Both the position numbers and the translations under genes were made by a program. DNA of 62,762 nt, the filler included, from Nitrospinota bacterium (GTDB lineage Bacteria > JAUXIQ01), in NCBI GenBank assembly GCA_030620925.1. It is 5 parts of 5 records of this genome, joined end to end, with 100 filler letters (N's around TTAATTAATTAA, not from the genome) between each part and the next. Parts side by side here need not be neighbours in the genome. Positions count along the whole stretch, not along the records: positions 1 to 23,220 come from JAUXIQ010000005.1; positions 23,321 to 32,560 come from JAUXIQ010000053.1; 3 more parts are not named here. One strand, given 5' to 3'. How positions within the stretch are numbered: the first letter of the stretch is position 1; each line of letters begins with the position of its first letter. Under the pieces are notes generated by a model. The model did not search any database and was not told where the DNA came from. It was given only the letters and a program-made list of their open reading frames with translations. Shown piece by piece: positions 19,272 to 28,828 of the stretch.

Positions 19272-21464
19272 ATGGCTGTCTTCAAATTACCTCCTTTGAG
19301 AAAAGGCATTCACGCCAGGATTTTAATCCCTGCGGTGATAATGACGGTCACCATAGGGGTGATAACAGTTCTGGTATCTTCCAAAATAATCACCGGCAGC
19401 ATTGAATCGCGCGCCAGTGAGTATATGGAAAACAACGACAACCTTTTTTCCCAGATACTGATGGAGCAGGAAGAGAAAGTGGCTTTCTATTCCCAGTTTA
19501 TGGCCGACATGGTTAAGCTCTCTCGCCAGATTTCGGGCACCCCCACCGGACGCTCCATGCTCATCTACCTTCTGGAATCGCTGGAGCGGGAGGGGATAAA
19601 AATAAATATTTACAGGAGCAAATTTAAGTTCGAGGATGCTCGGCAGATTTTGATTCAGAAAGGCTACCTGGGCATCAGAGCCACCGGCGTATTGGAGCTG
19701 AACAGGAAGAACACCCCTTACATGGCCATGGTGGGAGTTTCTCCCGTGGAGAGGAAGGAGGGCATAACAGAGGTGGTGCTTGCCACCCATGAGATCGATG
19801 AAGATTTTCTTAATAATATTAAGAATAAGACGGGAGCCGACCTTTACTTCTTTTACAGCGACGGCTCCGTATTGTCCACGCTGAAGGATTCTGCATGCGT
19901 GGAACGAATCAGAGAGGTGTTTGTTAACCGGCTGGGCGCTTCTGTTATAAAAGAGTTCTCTGATCGCACGATTACCCTGAACTGCGGAGGCAACCCCCAG
20001 AAGATAATATTTAAGCCTCACATTGTGAACTTGAATGCTAAAGGTGTCTATGCTCTTTCAGTACCTATGAGCGATCTCCTCATGGCCCGGAAGCAGCTGA
20101 CTCTGCAGGTGGTGCTCATGATGGTATTCATGCTTTCTTTGATCATAATCATTTACTCTCTTGTCGTACGAAGGATAGTTCATCCCATTCAAGACCTTTC
20201 GGAGGCCACCGAGAAGGTGGCCCGGGGTGATCTTACTCAGAGCATAGATATCCGCTCAGGGGATGAACTGGGCGAATTGGGTTATAACTTCAACCGGATG
20301 ATTATGCAGCTCTATGCCGCGCGCACTGCCATGGAAGCGCTTCACACCAGACAGATGGAGCGGGCGGAGCGCCTGGCCGTACTGGGTCAGATGGCCAGCG
20401 GTGTCGCCCATGAGTTTAATAACATACTGGCCATCGTGTTGGCCAACGCCCAACTCCTGCTCAGAAGCATGGGTAAAGACACTAAAGCGTTGAGGAGAAT
20501 TAACGCCATAGAGCAAGCCGCCAAGGATGGCGCCCAGACGGTTCAACGCATGCAAGAGTTCGCCCGGGTTCGCAAGGATGAGACTTTCATTTACGTGGAT
20601 TTGAATCAAGTGCTGAGTGATGTGGTGGAAGCCACCAGACCGCGCTGGAAAGTACAATCTGAACGCGAAGGACATCCTGTGGAAATGGACGTCAGGTTGG
20701 GGGATACGATGCCTGTATCGGGTAATCCTGCTGAGCTGCGGGAAGTTATAACCAACCTGATTTTCAACGCCCTGGATGCCATGCCCCGGGGGGGGAAGAT
20801 TATCATCGAGACCAAAATGGATAATAACGAGGCGGTGATGACCTTCGCCGATACGGGTATAGGTATGTCCCCGGAGGTACAACAAAGGGTCTTCGACCCC
20901 TTTTTCACCACCAAAGAGTTCAGCAGCTCCGGCCTGGGGTTGAGCGTATCTTATGGAATCATCTCTCGGCACGGAGGCGAAATACTGGTGGATAGCGTGG
21001 AAGGCCAGGGCACCGTGTTCACCCTGAGACTCCCGTTAAGCGAGAGAAAGGATGAGGAGGCTGCCACCGAGGTTGTCTCCGAGATTCATCACAGCGCAAA
21101 AGTTTTAATTATAGATGATGAGCAGGGAATACTCGATGCCCTATCGGACTCGCTGAGCGCCATGGGGCATGAAGTAAGCACGGCGGGAAGCGGAAAAGAA
21201 GGCCTGGAGAAGTTCGATAAAAAGAAGTACGATGTGGTGTTCACCGATCTGGGGATGCCGGATATGAATGGATGGGAAGTGGCCAGGGCTATAAAACAGA
21301 TAAGCCCCAAGACCCCGGTAGCTATGATTACCGGTTGGCACATGGAGCTTAAAGAAGATAAAATGAAGAGGGAAGGGGTGGACCTGGTTATCACCAAGCC
21401 CTTCGAAATGGATAGCTTGCAGCGGGTCATGGCCGAAGCCCTGTCGCTTAAGTCCAAGATGTGA
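19272..21464 (+). CDS. hybrid sensor histidine kinase (TM-periplasmic-TM-HAMP-HisKA-HATPase-REC)
   Basis: DELGEL..NFNRM (HAMP), VAHEFNN, NLIFNA, DTGIG, PFFTTK, GLGLS; REC IIDDE, TDLGMP, KPF. Confidence 0.95.
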   Translation: MAVFKLPPLRKGIHARILIPAVIMTVTIGVITVLVSSKIITGSIESRASEYMENNDNLFSQILMEQEEKVAFYSQFMADMVKLSRQISGTPTGRSMLIYLLESLEREGIKINIYRSKFKFEDARQILIQKGYLGIRATGVLELNRKNTPYMAMVGVSPVERKEGITEVVLATHEIDEDFLNNIKNKTGADLYFFYSDGSVLSTLKDSACVERIREVFVNRLGASVIKEFSDRTITLNCGGNPQKIIFKPHIVNLNAKGVYALSVPMSDLLMARKQLTLQVVLMMVFMLSLIIIIYSLVVRRIVHPIQDLSEATEKVARGDLTQSIDIRSGDELGELGYNFNRMIMQLYAARTAMEALHTRQMERAERLAVLGQMASGVAHEFNNILAIVLANAQLLLRSMGKDTKALRRINAIEQAAKDGAQTVQRMQEFARVRKDETFIYVDLNQVLSDVVEATRPRWKVQSEREGHPVEMDVRLGDTMPVSGNPAELREVITNLIFNALDAMPRGGKIIIETKMDNNEAVMTFADTGIGMSPEVQQRVFDPFFTTKEFSSSGLGLSVSYGIISRHGGEILVDSVEGQGTVFTLRLPLSERKDEEAATEVVSEIHHSAKVLIIDDEQGILDALSDSLSAMGHEVSTAGSGKEGLEKFDKKKYDVVFTDLGMPDMNGWEVARAIKQISPKTPVAMITGWHMELKEDKMKREGVDLVITKPFEMDSLQRVMAEALSLKSKM

Positions 21465-21656
21465 AGGATTTCGATAATCGTCTAAGCCGGGCGCTGAAGC
21501 GCCGTACTATGTAGAGGCCTGCCGGGGGGCTGCCCCCTGCGGGGCAGGGCGTACCCGCTTCAGCAGGGAAAAAGCCTACCGCCGCGTATTCTGTTTAAAG
21601 AAAAGGAACGTTTAGGGGCCTTTGTTTGACCTTTCTCACCCGGGGAGCGGTAACTG

Positions 21657-23220
21657 ATGGATGAGGTTCGCGGGTACATGCTGGCTGCCGAGGCAGTGAA
21701 AAGGGAGGGAGTGGACACCGTCTTCTTTCTCATGGGCGGCCCCATCACTCCGGTAGTAAAGGCTTGCATGGAGATGGGAATAAGGGCGGTGGATGTCCGC
21801 CACGAGCAGGCAGCGGCCATGATGGCCCACGGCTGGAGCAGGGTCACGGGCAGGCCGGGAGTCTGTTTCACCTGTTCGGGGCCCGGCACCACCAACGCCG
21901 CCACCGGCATCGCCAACGCTTTCGTTGACGGAGCTCCCGTGGTCTACATCGGCGGCTCGAGCCCGCTGGTTCGCGCCGGGACCTACGCGTTTCAGGATAT
22001 CGACCAGGTGGCCATGCTAAAGCCCGTCACCAAATGGGCTGAGCAGGTGCAGGAGGGCGGCAGGATAGCCGAGCTGGTGCGCACCGCGTTTCGCAAGGCG
22101 GTGAGCGGAAAGCCGGGTCCGGTTTACCTCGATCTTCCCTGGGACATAATTTACAGCAAAGTGGATCGTAGCAGGGTGGAGCTTCCCCCCTTTCCTGAGA
22201 CGGCTGGCCGACCCCAGGCCGACCCCGTTATGGTGGAATCGGCGGTTGAAATACTTAAACGGGCCGAGAGACCGCTGATAGTGGCGGGGAGCGGGGTACT
22301 CTGGTCGGGGGCGGAAGACGAGCTGGCCCGTCTGGTGGATGAGACCGGCCTGCCCCTTTTCACCACCCCCCTGGCCAGGGGGATTATCCCTGAAGACCAC
22401 AAGCGCTCTTTCATCGCCGCCCGTTCGTTGGCCTTCAGCGAGGCGGACGCCCTTTTAGTGGTGGGCACGAGGTTCAGCTTCATCATGGCCTTCGGGCAGC
22501 CGCCGCGCTTCAACGCCAGGGCGAAAATAATACGCGCAGACATAGACCCTGAGGAGATTGGTCATAATCGGGCCGTGGACGTTCCTCTGGTGGGAGACGC
22601 CCGGCAAGTGATCACGCAGCTTTTAGAAGAGGCTGCGGGCGCCGTGCACGTGGAAGACGATTCCCCCTGGATCAAAACGCTGCGCGAAAAGGATGCAACC
22701 AACAGGGAAGAGTTGACCCCCCTCCTTAACTCCGAAAAGATACCCGTTCATCCGCTCAGGCTTTGCAAGGAAATAAGCGATTTCATGGACCATGACGCCA
22801 CGCTGATAGTGGACGGGCACGAGATACTGAACTACGCCCGTCAATCCATTCCCGTCTATTATCCGAGGCACCGGTTGAACCCGGGGGCTTTCGGCTGCAT
22901 CGGCGTGGGCCTGCCTTTCGGGGTGGCCGCCAAGCTGGCCCGGCCCGACGGCCAGGTAGTGGTGCTTACCGGTGACGGCTCGTTCGGTCTCAACGGATTT
23001 GAGATGGACACCGCTATACGCAATAACCTCCCCATTATGGTGGTTATAAGCAACAACGGGGGATGGACTGCAGGCGGGGAGGGACGCTGGGATATACCGG
23101 GCAGGGAGCTGGGCTTCGGCCGCTACGAAAAGATGGTGGAGGCTTTCGGAGGGCACGCCGAATACGTCACCGACCCGCGAGAGATCAGGCCCGCCCTGGA
23201 AAGGGCGAAAGCTTCGGGCG
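21657..23220 (+). CDS. TPP-dependent enzyme (2-hydroxyacyl-CoA lyase/oxalyl-CoA decarboxylase/ALS-like), truncated at the contig end
   Basis: RHEQAA, SGPGTTN, GDGSFG..NN TPP motif. Confidence 0.88.
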
Positions 23221-23320
23221 NNNNNNNNNNNNNNNNNNNNNNNNNNNNNNNNNNNNNNNNNNNNTTAATTAATTAANNNNNNNNNNNNNNNNNNNNNNNN
23301 NNNNNNNNNNNNNNNNNNNN
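23221..23320. other. artificial contig linker
   Basis: 44 N + TTAATTAATTAA (six-frame stops) + 44 N. Confidence 0.97.
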
Positions 23321-23322
23321 AT

Positions 23323-24018
23323 GACGGTCTGCTCAACGGAACGAAGCTGTTCGTCGCCGACGCCCACGTCGCCCATTACCTGATATGCGTCGCCGGAGCG
23401 GGGGAGGGTGGTTCATCACCTGAGGAGATATCCTTATATTTGATAGAAGCGGGTCGCGAGGGAGTCGGTATAGAACCTTTGAAGACCATGGGGAGCGAGA
23501 AACAGTGCGAGGTGCGCTTTGAAGGTGTAAAGGTGACGCAGGAGGACCTCGTGGGGGAGCATCACCATGGCCGGCAAGCGCTGGATAAGGTGCTGGAGAT
23601 GGGCGCCGCGGGCAAATGCGCCACACTGGTGGGCTGCGCCCAGCGGGTGCTGGAGATGACTGCTGATTACGTGAAGCAGCGGGAGCAGTCGGGCCGCCCC
23701 ATCGGCGGCTTTCAGGCCATACAGCACTATTGTGCTGATATGTTGAGGGATGTTGAGGGCTCTCGTTTAATCACCTATAAGGCGGCCTGGGAAATCAGCG
23801 AGGGTATGCCTGCTTCAGGTATTTCATCGGTGGCCAAGGCCTGGGTGAGCGATGCCTGCCAGCGCACGATACTCAAGGCCCATCAGATATTCGGCGGCAT
23901 CGGCTTCTGCCAGGAACACCCCCTGCACCTCTACCTGAAACAATCCAAAATGGGCGAGCTGGCTTTCGGAGATGCCGCTTACCACCGGGAACTGGTGGCC
24001 AGGTCGATTGGGCTCTAA
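23323..24018 (+). CDS. acyl-CoA dehydrogenase family protein, 5' part cut off by the contig start
   Basis: Open frame from the contig edge: LNGTKLFV, REQSGRPIGGFQAIQH, HQIFGGIG. Confidence 0.88.
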   Translation, partial: DGLLNGTKLFVADAHVAHYLICVAGAGEGGSSPEEISLYLIEAGREGVGIEPLKTMGSEKQCEVRFEGVKVTQEDLVGEHHHGRQALDKVLEMGAAGKCATLVGCAQRVLEMTADYVKQREQSGRPIGGFQAIQHYCADMLRDVEGSRLITYKAAWEISEGMPASGISSVAKAWVSDACQRTILKAHQIFGGIGFCQEHPLHLYLKQSKMGELAFGDAAYHRELVARSIGL

Positions 24019-24117
24019 ATTAAGGGTGGGCTAATATAGCCCGTCCGATAGCATTGAAAGCAGGACACCTTCCCGGGATATTGGTGTGAAATATGTTTTC
24101 GTGGTGCAGGAGGAGAT

Positions 24118-25005
24118 ATGAAACATCTGCTTACTCTGAAAGATTTAAGCGGAGAGACCATACTCGAACTCATTCGGTTGGGGGAGTCGGTCAAGCGTTT
24201 CCCGGAATCGTATTCCGAAGCGCTGAAGAACAAAGTCCTGGCCATGATTTTCCAGAAGACCTCAACCCGAACGCGCATGTCTTTCGAGGCGGGCATGGCC
24301 CAGCTGGGAGGCCATGCCATCTACCTTGACTGGTGCACCACCAACCTTACCGTGGGTCATCTCCAGGACGAAGTAAGGTGCATGGGCCGCTACGCTAACG
24401 CCATCACGGCCCGCGTGGACAACCACCGGACCCTCAGGCAAATGGCCAGGGTTTCTGAAATCCCGGTGATAAACGCCCTCTCCGACCGTTTTCATCCCTG
24501 CCAGGCCCTGGGTGACCTGCTCACCATCAAAGAGAAGACGGGTCGACTTTCAGGACTCAAGCTCGCCTACGTGGGCGATGGGAACAATGTGTGCAACTCT
24601 CTCATCATAGCCTGCACGGCGGTGGGGATGCGAATCAGCGTGGCCACCCCGTCGGGATACGAGCCGCTGCCTGAAGCTGTCAATGCGGCCAGGAAGAGCG
24701 GCCTCCTGCAGTTGGGTAAGGACCCCGTAAAGGCGGTCAGAGGCGCAGACATCGTTTATACCGATACCTGGGTATCACTGGGTCATGAGGAGGAAAGTAA
24801 GGAGAGGCTCAAGGTCTTCCCTCCCTACCAGGTGAACAGCAAACTGCTGGGCAAAAGCCGTCCCTTCATAATGCACTGTCTTCCCGCCCACAGGGGTTAC
24901 GAGATAACTGACGAAGTAATGGACGGCCCTCAGTCCGTTGTCTTCGACCAGGCGGAAAACCGTCTCCATGCACAGAAAGCTCTGCTGCTCGGGCTTTTGA
25001 AGTAG
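24118..25005 (+). CDS. argF: ornithine carbamoyltransferase
   Basis: STRTR, HPCQ, GDGNN, HCLP, QAENR. Confidence 0.93.
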   Translation: MKHLLTLKDLSGETILELIRLGESVKRFPESYSEALKNKVLAMIFQKTSTRTRMSFEAGMAQLGGHAIYLDWCTTNLTVGHLQDEVRCMGRYANAITARVDNHRTLRQMARVSEIPVINALSDRFHPCQALGDLLTIKEKTGRLSGLKLAYVGDGNNVCNSLIIACTAVGMRISVATPSGYEPLPEAVNAARKSGLLQLGKDPVKAVRGADIVYTDTWVSLGHEEESKERLKVFPPYQVNSKLLGKSRPFIMHCLPAHRGYEITDEVMDGPQSVVFDQAENRLHAQKALLLGLLK

Positions 25006-25008
25006 CCG

Positions 25009-26142
25009 ATGGAAGAGGTCTCGGTATACATACACATCCCTTACTGCAAGAGCAAATGCGGTTACTGCGATTTCAACTCCTACCCCGGCCGGGAGGATGA
25101 ATATGAGGGGTACGTGGAGGCTCTTCTCCGGGAGCTGAAGCAGCGGGGGAGGCAAATATCCGGCGCCGCGGTGCCCAGCATATTCTTTGGCGGGGGTACT
25201 CCCTCCATTCTGGGAGCGGAACTTTTAAGCTTGGTCCTGTCCCGATGTAAAGAGGTATTTACCCTTGACCCCCGGGCGGAGATAAGCATCGAGGCCAATC
25301 CTGAAACCCTCTCCCCGTCTTTGCTGCGAGACCTCCTGGATGCCGGTTTCAACAGGCTGAGCGTAGGTATTCAGAGCTTCGACGATTCCAGCCTTCAGCG
25401 CCTGGGTCGGAATCATAGCGGCACCCAGGCCGTTGACGCAGCCCGCCAGGCGGCGGGAGCAGGCTTCGAGAACATTTCTCTGGACCTCATGTTCGGCGTC
25501 CCCGGGCAGGAAATCCCTCAATGGGAGGAGGACGTGGAAAAGGCGCTTTCCCTGCACCCGACGCACGTATCCGCCTACGGGCTCAAGGTGGAGGAAAAGA
25601 CGCCCTTCGACCGCCTGTTGAAGATGGGGCTCATCACCCTGCCCGACGAGGAGACTTTTACCCGCATGTACACAGTCGCTGTAGAGAAGCTCAACGGGGC
25701 GGGTTACGAGCACTATGAAATAGCCAATTTCGCCCTGCCGGGCTACCGCTGCCTGCACAACGTCAACTACTGGCGGAACGGCCCCTACCTCGGCCTGGGA
25801 GCGGGCGCTCACTCCTATCTGAAGGGCGAACGCTCAGCCAACGTCCGCGATCCGGCTGAATACCTGGCCAGGGTCGCTGAAGAAAGTCAAGCCGTCGATT
25901 CCAGAGAAAAACTTCCATCCCGATCCGCCCTGGGAGAAGCGCTCATGCTGGGGTTGAGGCTCACCGAGGGCATCGACGTAGAGGAATATGGTGCTCGATA
26001 CGGGGCAGACCTCCGCCTGGAATATGGCCCTGTTATAAGAGACCTCTCCCAACAGGGCCTTTTGGAGATGGAGGGAACCCGCCTTAAGCTCACCTGGAAA
26101 GGTATACTTCTTTCAGACGAAGTTTTTCTTAAATTGTTGTAA
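25009..26142 (+). CDS. hemW: radical SAM heme chaperone
   Basis: YIHIPYCKSKCGYCDF, GGGTPS, HNVNYW. Confidence 0.92.
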   Translation: MEEVSVYIHIPYCKSKCGYCDFNSYPGREDEYEGYVEALLRELKQRGRQISGAAVPSIFFGGGTPSILGAELLSLVLSRCKEVFTLDPRAEISIEANPETLSPSLLRDLLDAGFNRLSVGIQSFDDSSLQRLGRNHSGTQAVDAARQAAGAGFENISLDLMFGVPGQEIPQWEEDVEKALSLHPTHVSAYGLKVEEKTPFDRLLKMGLITLPDEETFTRMYTVAVEKLNGAGYEHYEIANFALPGYRCLHNVNYWRNGPYLGLGAGAHSYLKGERSANVRDPAEYLARVAEESQAVDSREKLPSRSALGEALMLGLRLTEGIDVEEYGARYGADLRLEYGPVIRDLSQQGLLEMEGTRLKLTWKGILLSDEVFLKLL

Positions 26143-26162
26143 CGCTTGATCCGCTATTTCGT

Positions 26163-26190
26163 TTGACATGCTATCCCTTGAGGATATACT
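26163..26190 (+). promoter_or_regulatory. sigma-70-like promoter of moaA
   Basis: TTGACA-N16-TATACT. Confidence 0.5.
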
Positions 26191-26277
26191 TTAAAAAAAA
26201 GTAGTCGGATTTTGAGGCGGGATTTCTTTCTTGACAACTTTCTGTTTAAAATGGACTGCGGAGCGGAGTGATCGTAT

Positions 26278-27294
26278 ATGACCAAACCGGCGCGAGGGAC
26301 TGAAAAGCTACCCGACAAACTGGTAGACAGCTTTGACCGACGAATCAACTACATGCGCATCTCCGTCACCGATCGCTGCAATCTGCGCTGCCGTTACTGC
26401 ATGCCCCAGCAGGGACTGGATTTGCTTTCCCCCGACCAGGTTCTACACTACGAGGAGCTCCTGCGCATCGCACGCCTGGCCGTGGCGGGAGGCATAACCA
26501 AGGTCCGCATTACCGGAGGCGAGCCCCTGGTGCGGAAGGGGCTGCTGGAGTTCGTTTCCAGTCTCTCACGGATAGAGGGTATTCATGACCTGGCTCTCAC
26601 CACAAACGGTCTTCTCCTCGAGAAATATGCCCGGGGTCTCTATGAGGCCGGTCTGCGCCGGGTGAACGTAAGCCTGGATACACTCAAAGCTGATCGATAC
26701 GCCCGGATAACGCGGTCCGATTCGCTGGAAAAGGTTATGGCAGGCATTGGCGCCGCCAGGGATGAGGGCCTTAATCCGGTGAAGATAAATATGGTTGTCA
26801 TACGCGGCCTAAACCATGACGAGGTGGTGGATTTCGCGGCCCTCACCAGGGATGAGAAACTCCACGTTCGATTCATAGAGTTCATGCCACTGGGTGAAGA
26901 TGAATTCTGGAGCCGGGAGATGTATGTGCCCAGCGATGAGGTCAAGGCACTGGTGGAGAAGAGTCAAAAACTTGTGCCCGCCAAAAGCGGGGGCAGCGGT
27001 CCGGCGGTGATGTACCGCTTCCCCAAAGGCAAGGGGCAGATAGGCTTCATAAGCCCCATCAGCAACCATTTCTGCCGATCTTGTGACCGGCTGCGCCTCA
27101 CCGCAGACGGCAAACTGCGCACCTGTCTCTTCTCGGACACCGAAATTGACCTCATGACCCCCATCAGAAACGGTATCACTGACGAGGAACTATTTAACCT
27201 CCTCCATCACGGCACCAAATCCAAGCCCCGGGGGCACAACATGCACGCCGACCCCGGCAATACCGACCGCTACATGTCTCAAATAGGCGGGTAA
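26278..27294 (+). CDS. moaA: GTP 3',8-cyclase
   Basis: RISVTDRCNLRCRYC, FCRSCDRLRLTADG..TCL, C-terminal MSQIGG. Confidence 0.97.
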   Translation: MTKPARGTEKLPDKLVDSFDRRINYMRISVTDRCNLRCRYCMPQQGLDLLSPDQVLHYEELLRIARLAVAGGITKVRITGGEPLVRKGLLEFVSSLSRIEGIHDLALTTNGLLLEKYARGLYEAGLRRVNVSLDTLKADRYARITRSDSLEKVMAGIGAARDEGLNPVKINMVVIRGLNHDEVVDFAALTRDEKLHVRFIEFMPLGEDEFWSREMYVPSDEVKALVEKSQKLVPAKSGGSGPAVMYRFPKGKGQIGFISPISNHFCRSCDRLRLTADGKLRTCLFSDTEIDLMTPIRNGITDEELFNLLHHGTKSKPRGHNMHADPGNTDRYMSQIGG

Positions 27295-27628
27295 TCCAAA
27301 ACCAGGCTCGCCAGACACACCGGTTTTCATCACGCGATCCCATCGAATTAATAGACAGCCCATGTCCGTCTTCCCCTGCTTCATCCTGAAGCGTAAAAAT
27401 AACCAGTAATACAACTTTGTCATAACAATGCAAACGCCTTTAATTAGATATTGTTTTAGCTAAAGGAAACGATTAAGAAATGCGAAAATATATAAAAGGG
27501 CTCTTATAAATTATGAGAGCTTACCAGAGGATGAGAAGAATGCTGTGAGGGGTATTTTGCAAGGCTCTGGGTTAAAAGAGTCGGGTTTTTATGGAAAATT
27601 TTAATTGAATAGCGAGGGAGGGGGAGCG

Positions 27629-28069
27629 ATGGAAATAGGTACCGGGAATGAAATAACGATAGAAAACGGGAACTATACTTGCAGGACCTATGATCTCACT
27701 TTTACGGAGAAAGGGATAGCCTGCGTCCTCCTGGATGATTGGAGGCGCGCTTATCACTTGAATTTACTCTGGTTAATTGCCGGTTTATGGCCGGCTGTTA
27801 TAGCGGAAACGATAGTGAAGGCAATATCGAGAAAAAGGACGAGGAGGAACAGGGAAGCATACGCCGGTTTGTCCCTTGAAGAAAAATTAGGTAAAAGCGA
27901 GCTTTCCTTTGTGATAGGGCGAAACAATATTGAAAAAATTAAACACAGCGGAGGCAAGGTTATAGTATTTACGGACCAGAAAAAGTATAAATTCGGCTTT
28001 CCAAGGATTAAAGATTATAAAAACGAGGTGAAGGGATATTTAGATAGTTACAACGGGCAGGCAAAATAA
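27629..28069 (+). CDS. AT-rich hypothetical membrane protein
   Basis: GGAG RBS before ATG 27629; one central hydrophobic stretch; no recognised family. Confidence 0.65.
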   Translation: MEIGTGNEITIENGNYTCRTYDLTFTEKGIACVLLDDWRRAYHLNLLWLIAGLWPAVIAETIVKAISRKRTRRNREAYAGLSLEEKLGKSELSFVIGRNNIEKIKHSGGKVIVFTDQKKYKFGFPRIKDYKNEVKGYLDSYNGQAK

Positions 28070-28154
28070 AAAATACCGGAGAATGTAAGCTCAAATCCTC
28101 CTGGGCTTTAAATTGGATAAGGATTTTTAATCTTCCTCATGGCGTTGCCAATTA

Positions 28155-28222
28155 AAGCCCAGGGGGCACAATGTGCACGCCAACCCCTGCAATACCGTCC
28201 GCTATATGTCCCGAATAGGCGG
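28155..28222 (+). repeat. degenerate direct copy of the moaA 3' end (27223-27290)
   Basis: 59 of 68 nt identical by manual alignment. Confidence 0.9.
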
Positions 28223-28256
28223 CCGAACGGCCGGTTCGCCATTATTATCCAGCATT

Positions 28257-28284
28257 TTATCGGCTTCAGCTATAAGGTTGTTTA
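28257..28284 (-). promoter_or_regulatory. sigma-28-like promoter, leftward
   Basis: Minus strand reads TAAA-N16-GCCGATAA. Confidence 0.5.
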
Positions 28285-28509
28285 TTGATACCACAAATTT
28301 ACCATGGTCTTTCTGAAAACGTGAGTGCAGCAACTATAGATAAAAACCTGTTTGATAGATATGTCTGACAACAAAATAATAAATACAATTATTCTTACTT
28401 TTTATAACCTGATGAGAGGGTTTTTTGTATAATAATTCATACTTTGAGGCACCTGCTTAAGAAATGAGAAAATAATATTAAAATATTTTAAAAACTTTTT
28501 GTTTTACAC

Positions 28510-28537
28510 TAATTATCTTTTAGCCCTGAGCCGATAA
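28510..28537 (+). promoter_or_regulatory. sigma-28-like promoter upstream of the GGDEF gene
   Basis: TAAT-N16-GCCGATAA. Confidence 0.45.
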
Positions 28538-28828
28538 GGGACTTAAATGCGCTGTAAACTTTTTTTTGTGATTCTCAATCCGTAATTTTCGTTCGGGTTG
28601 TTGAAATGGGAGGGGGATTCTCATAATACGGTCAGAGAGTGTGTTTTTCCGGTTTCCAGGGGACCATCCTCGAAGAGGTATTATGGTAACTACCCGTTGA
28701 GCTTCCTTAAGCATTTCTACGGCGAGGAGCGGAATACGATCTTTATTACAACCACATTACAACCACAAGGTTAGGAACTGAAATTTACCGACTGAAACAG
28801 ATTAAGATAATTTAGGAGCCTGGCTGAT

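Noticed and set aside
19323-20972. Long antisense ORFs (19323-20021, 20256-20972 and similar elsewhere)
   Set aside because: They lie opposite well-supported genes and have no motifs; typical shadow frames.
23221-23320. TTAATTAATTAA repeated four times as a biological motif
   Set aside because: Always centred in N runs; it is an assembly linker, and the gene truncations next to it are artefacts rather than pseudogenes.
27223-28222. Diversity-generating retroelement TR/VR pair
   Set aside because: The nine mismatches are not adenine-specific and no reverse transcriptase is present.
28540-28828. c-di-GMP riboswitch in the GGDEF leader
   Set aside because: Some hairpins are possible but the GEMM consensus elements could not be matched by eye; needs an Infernal/Rfam scan.
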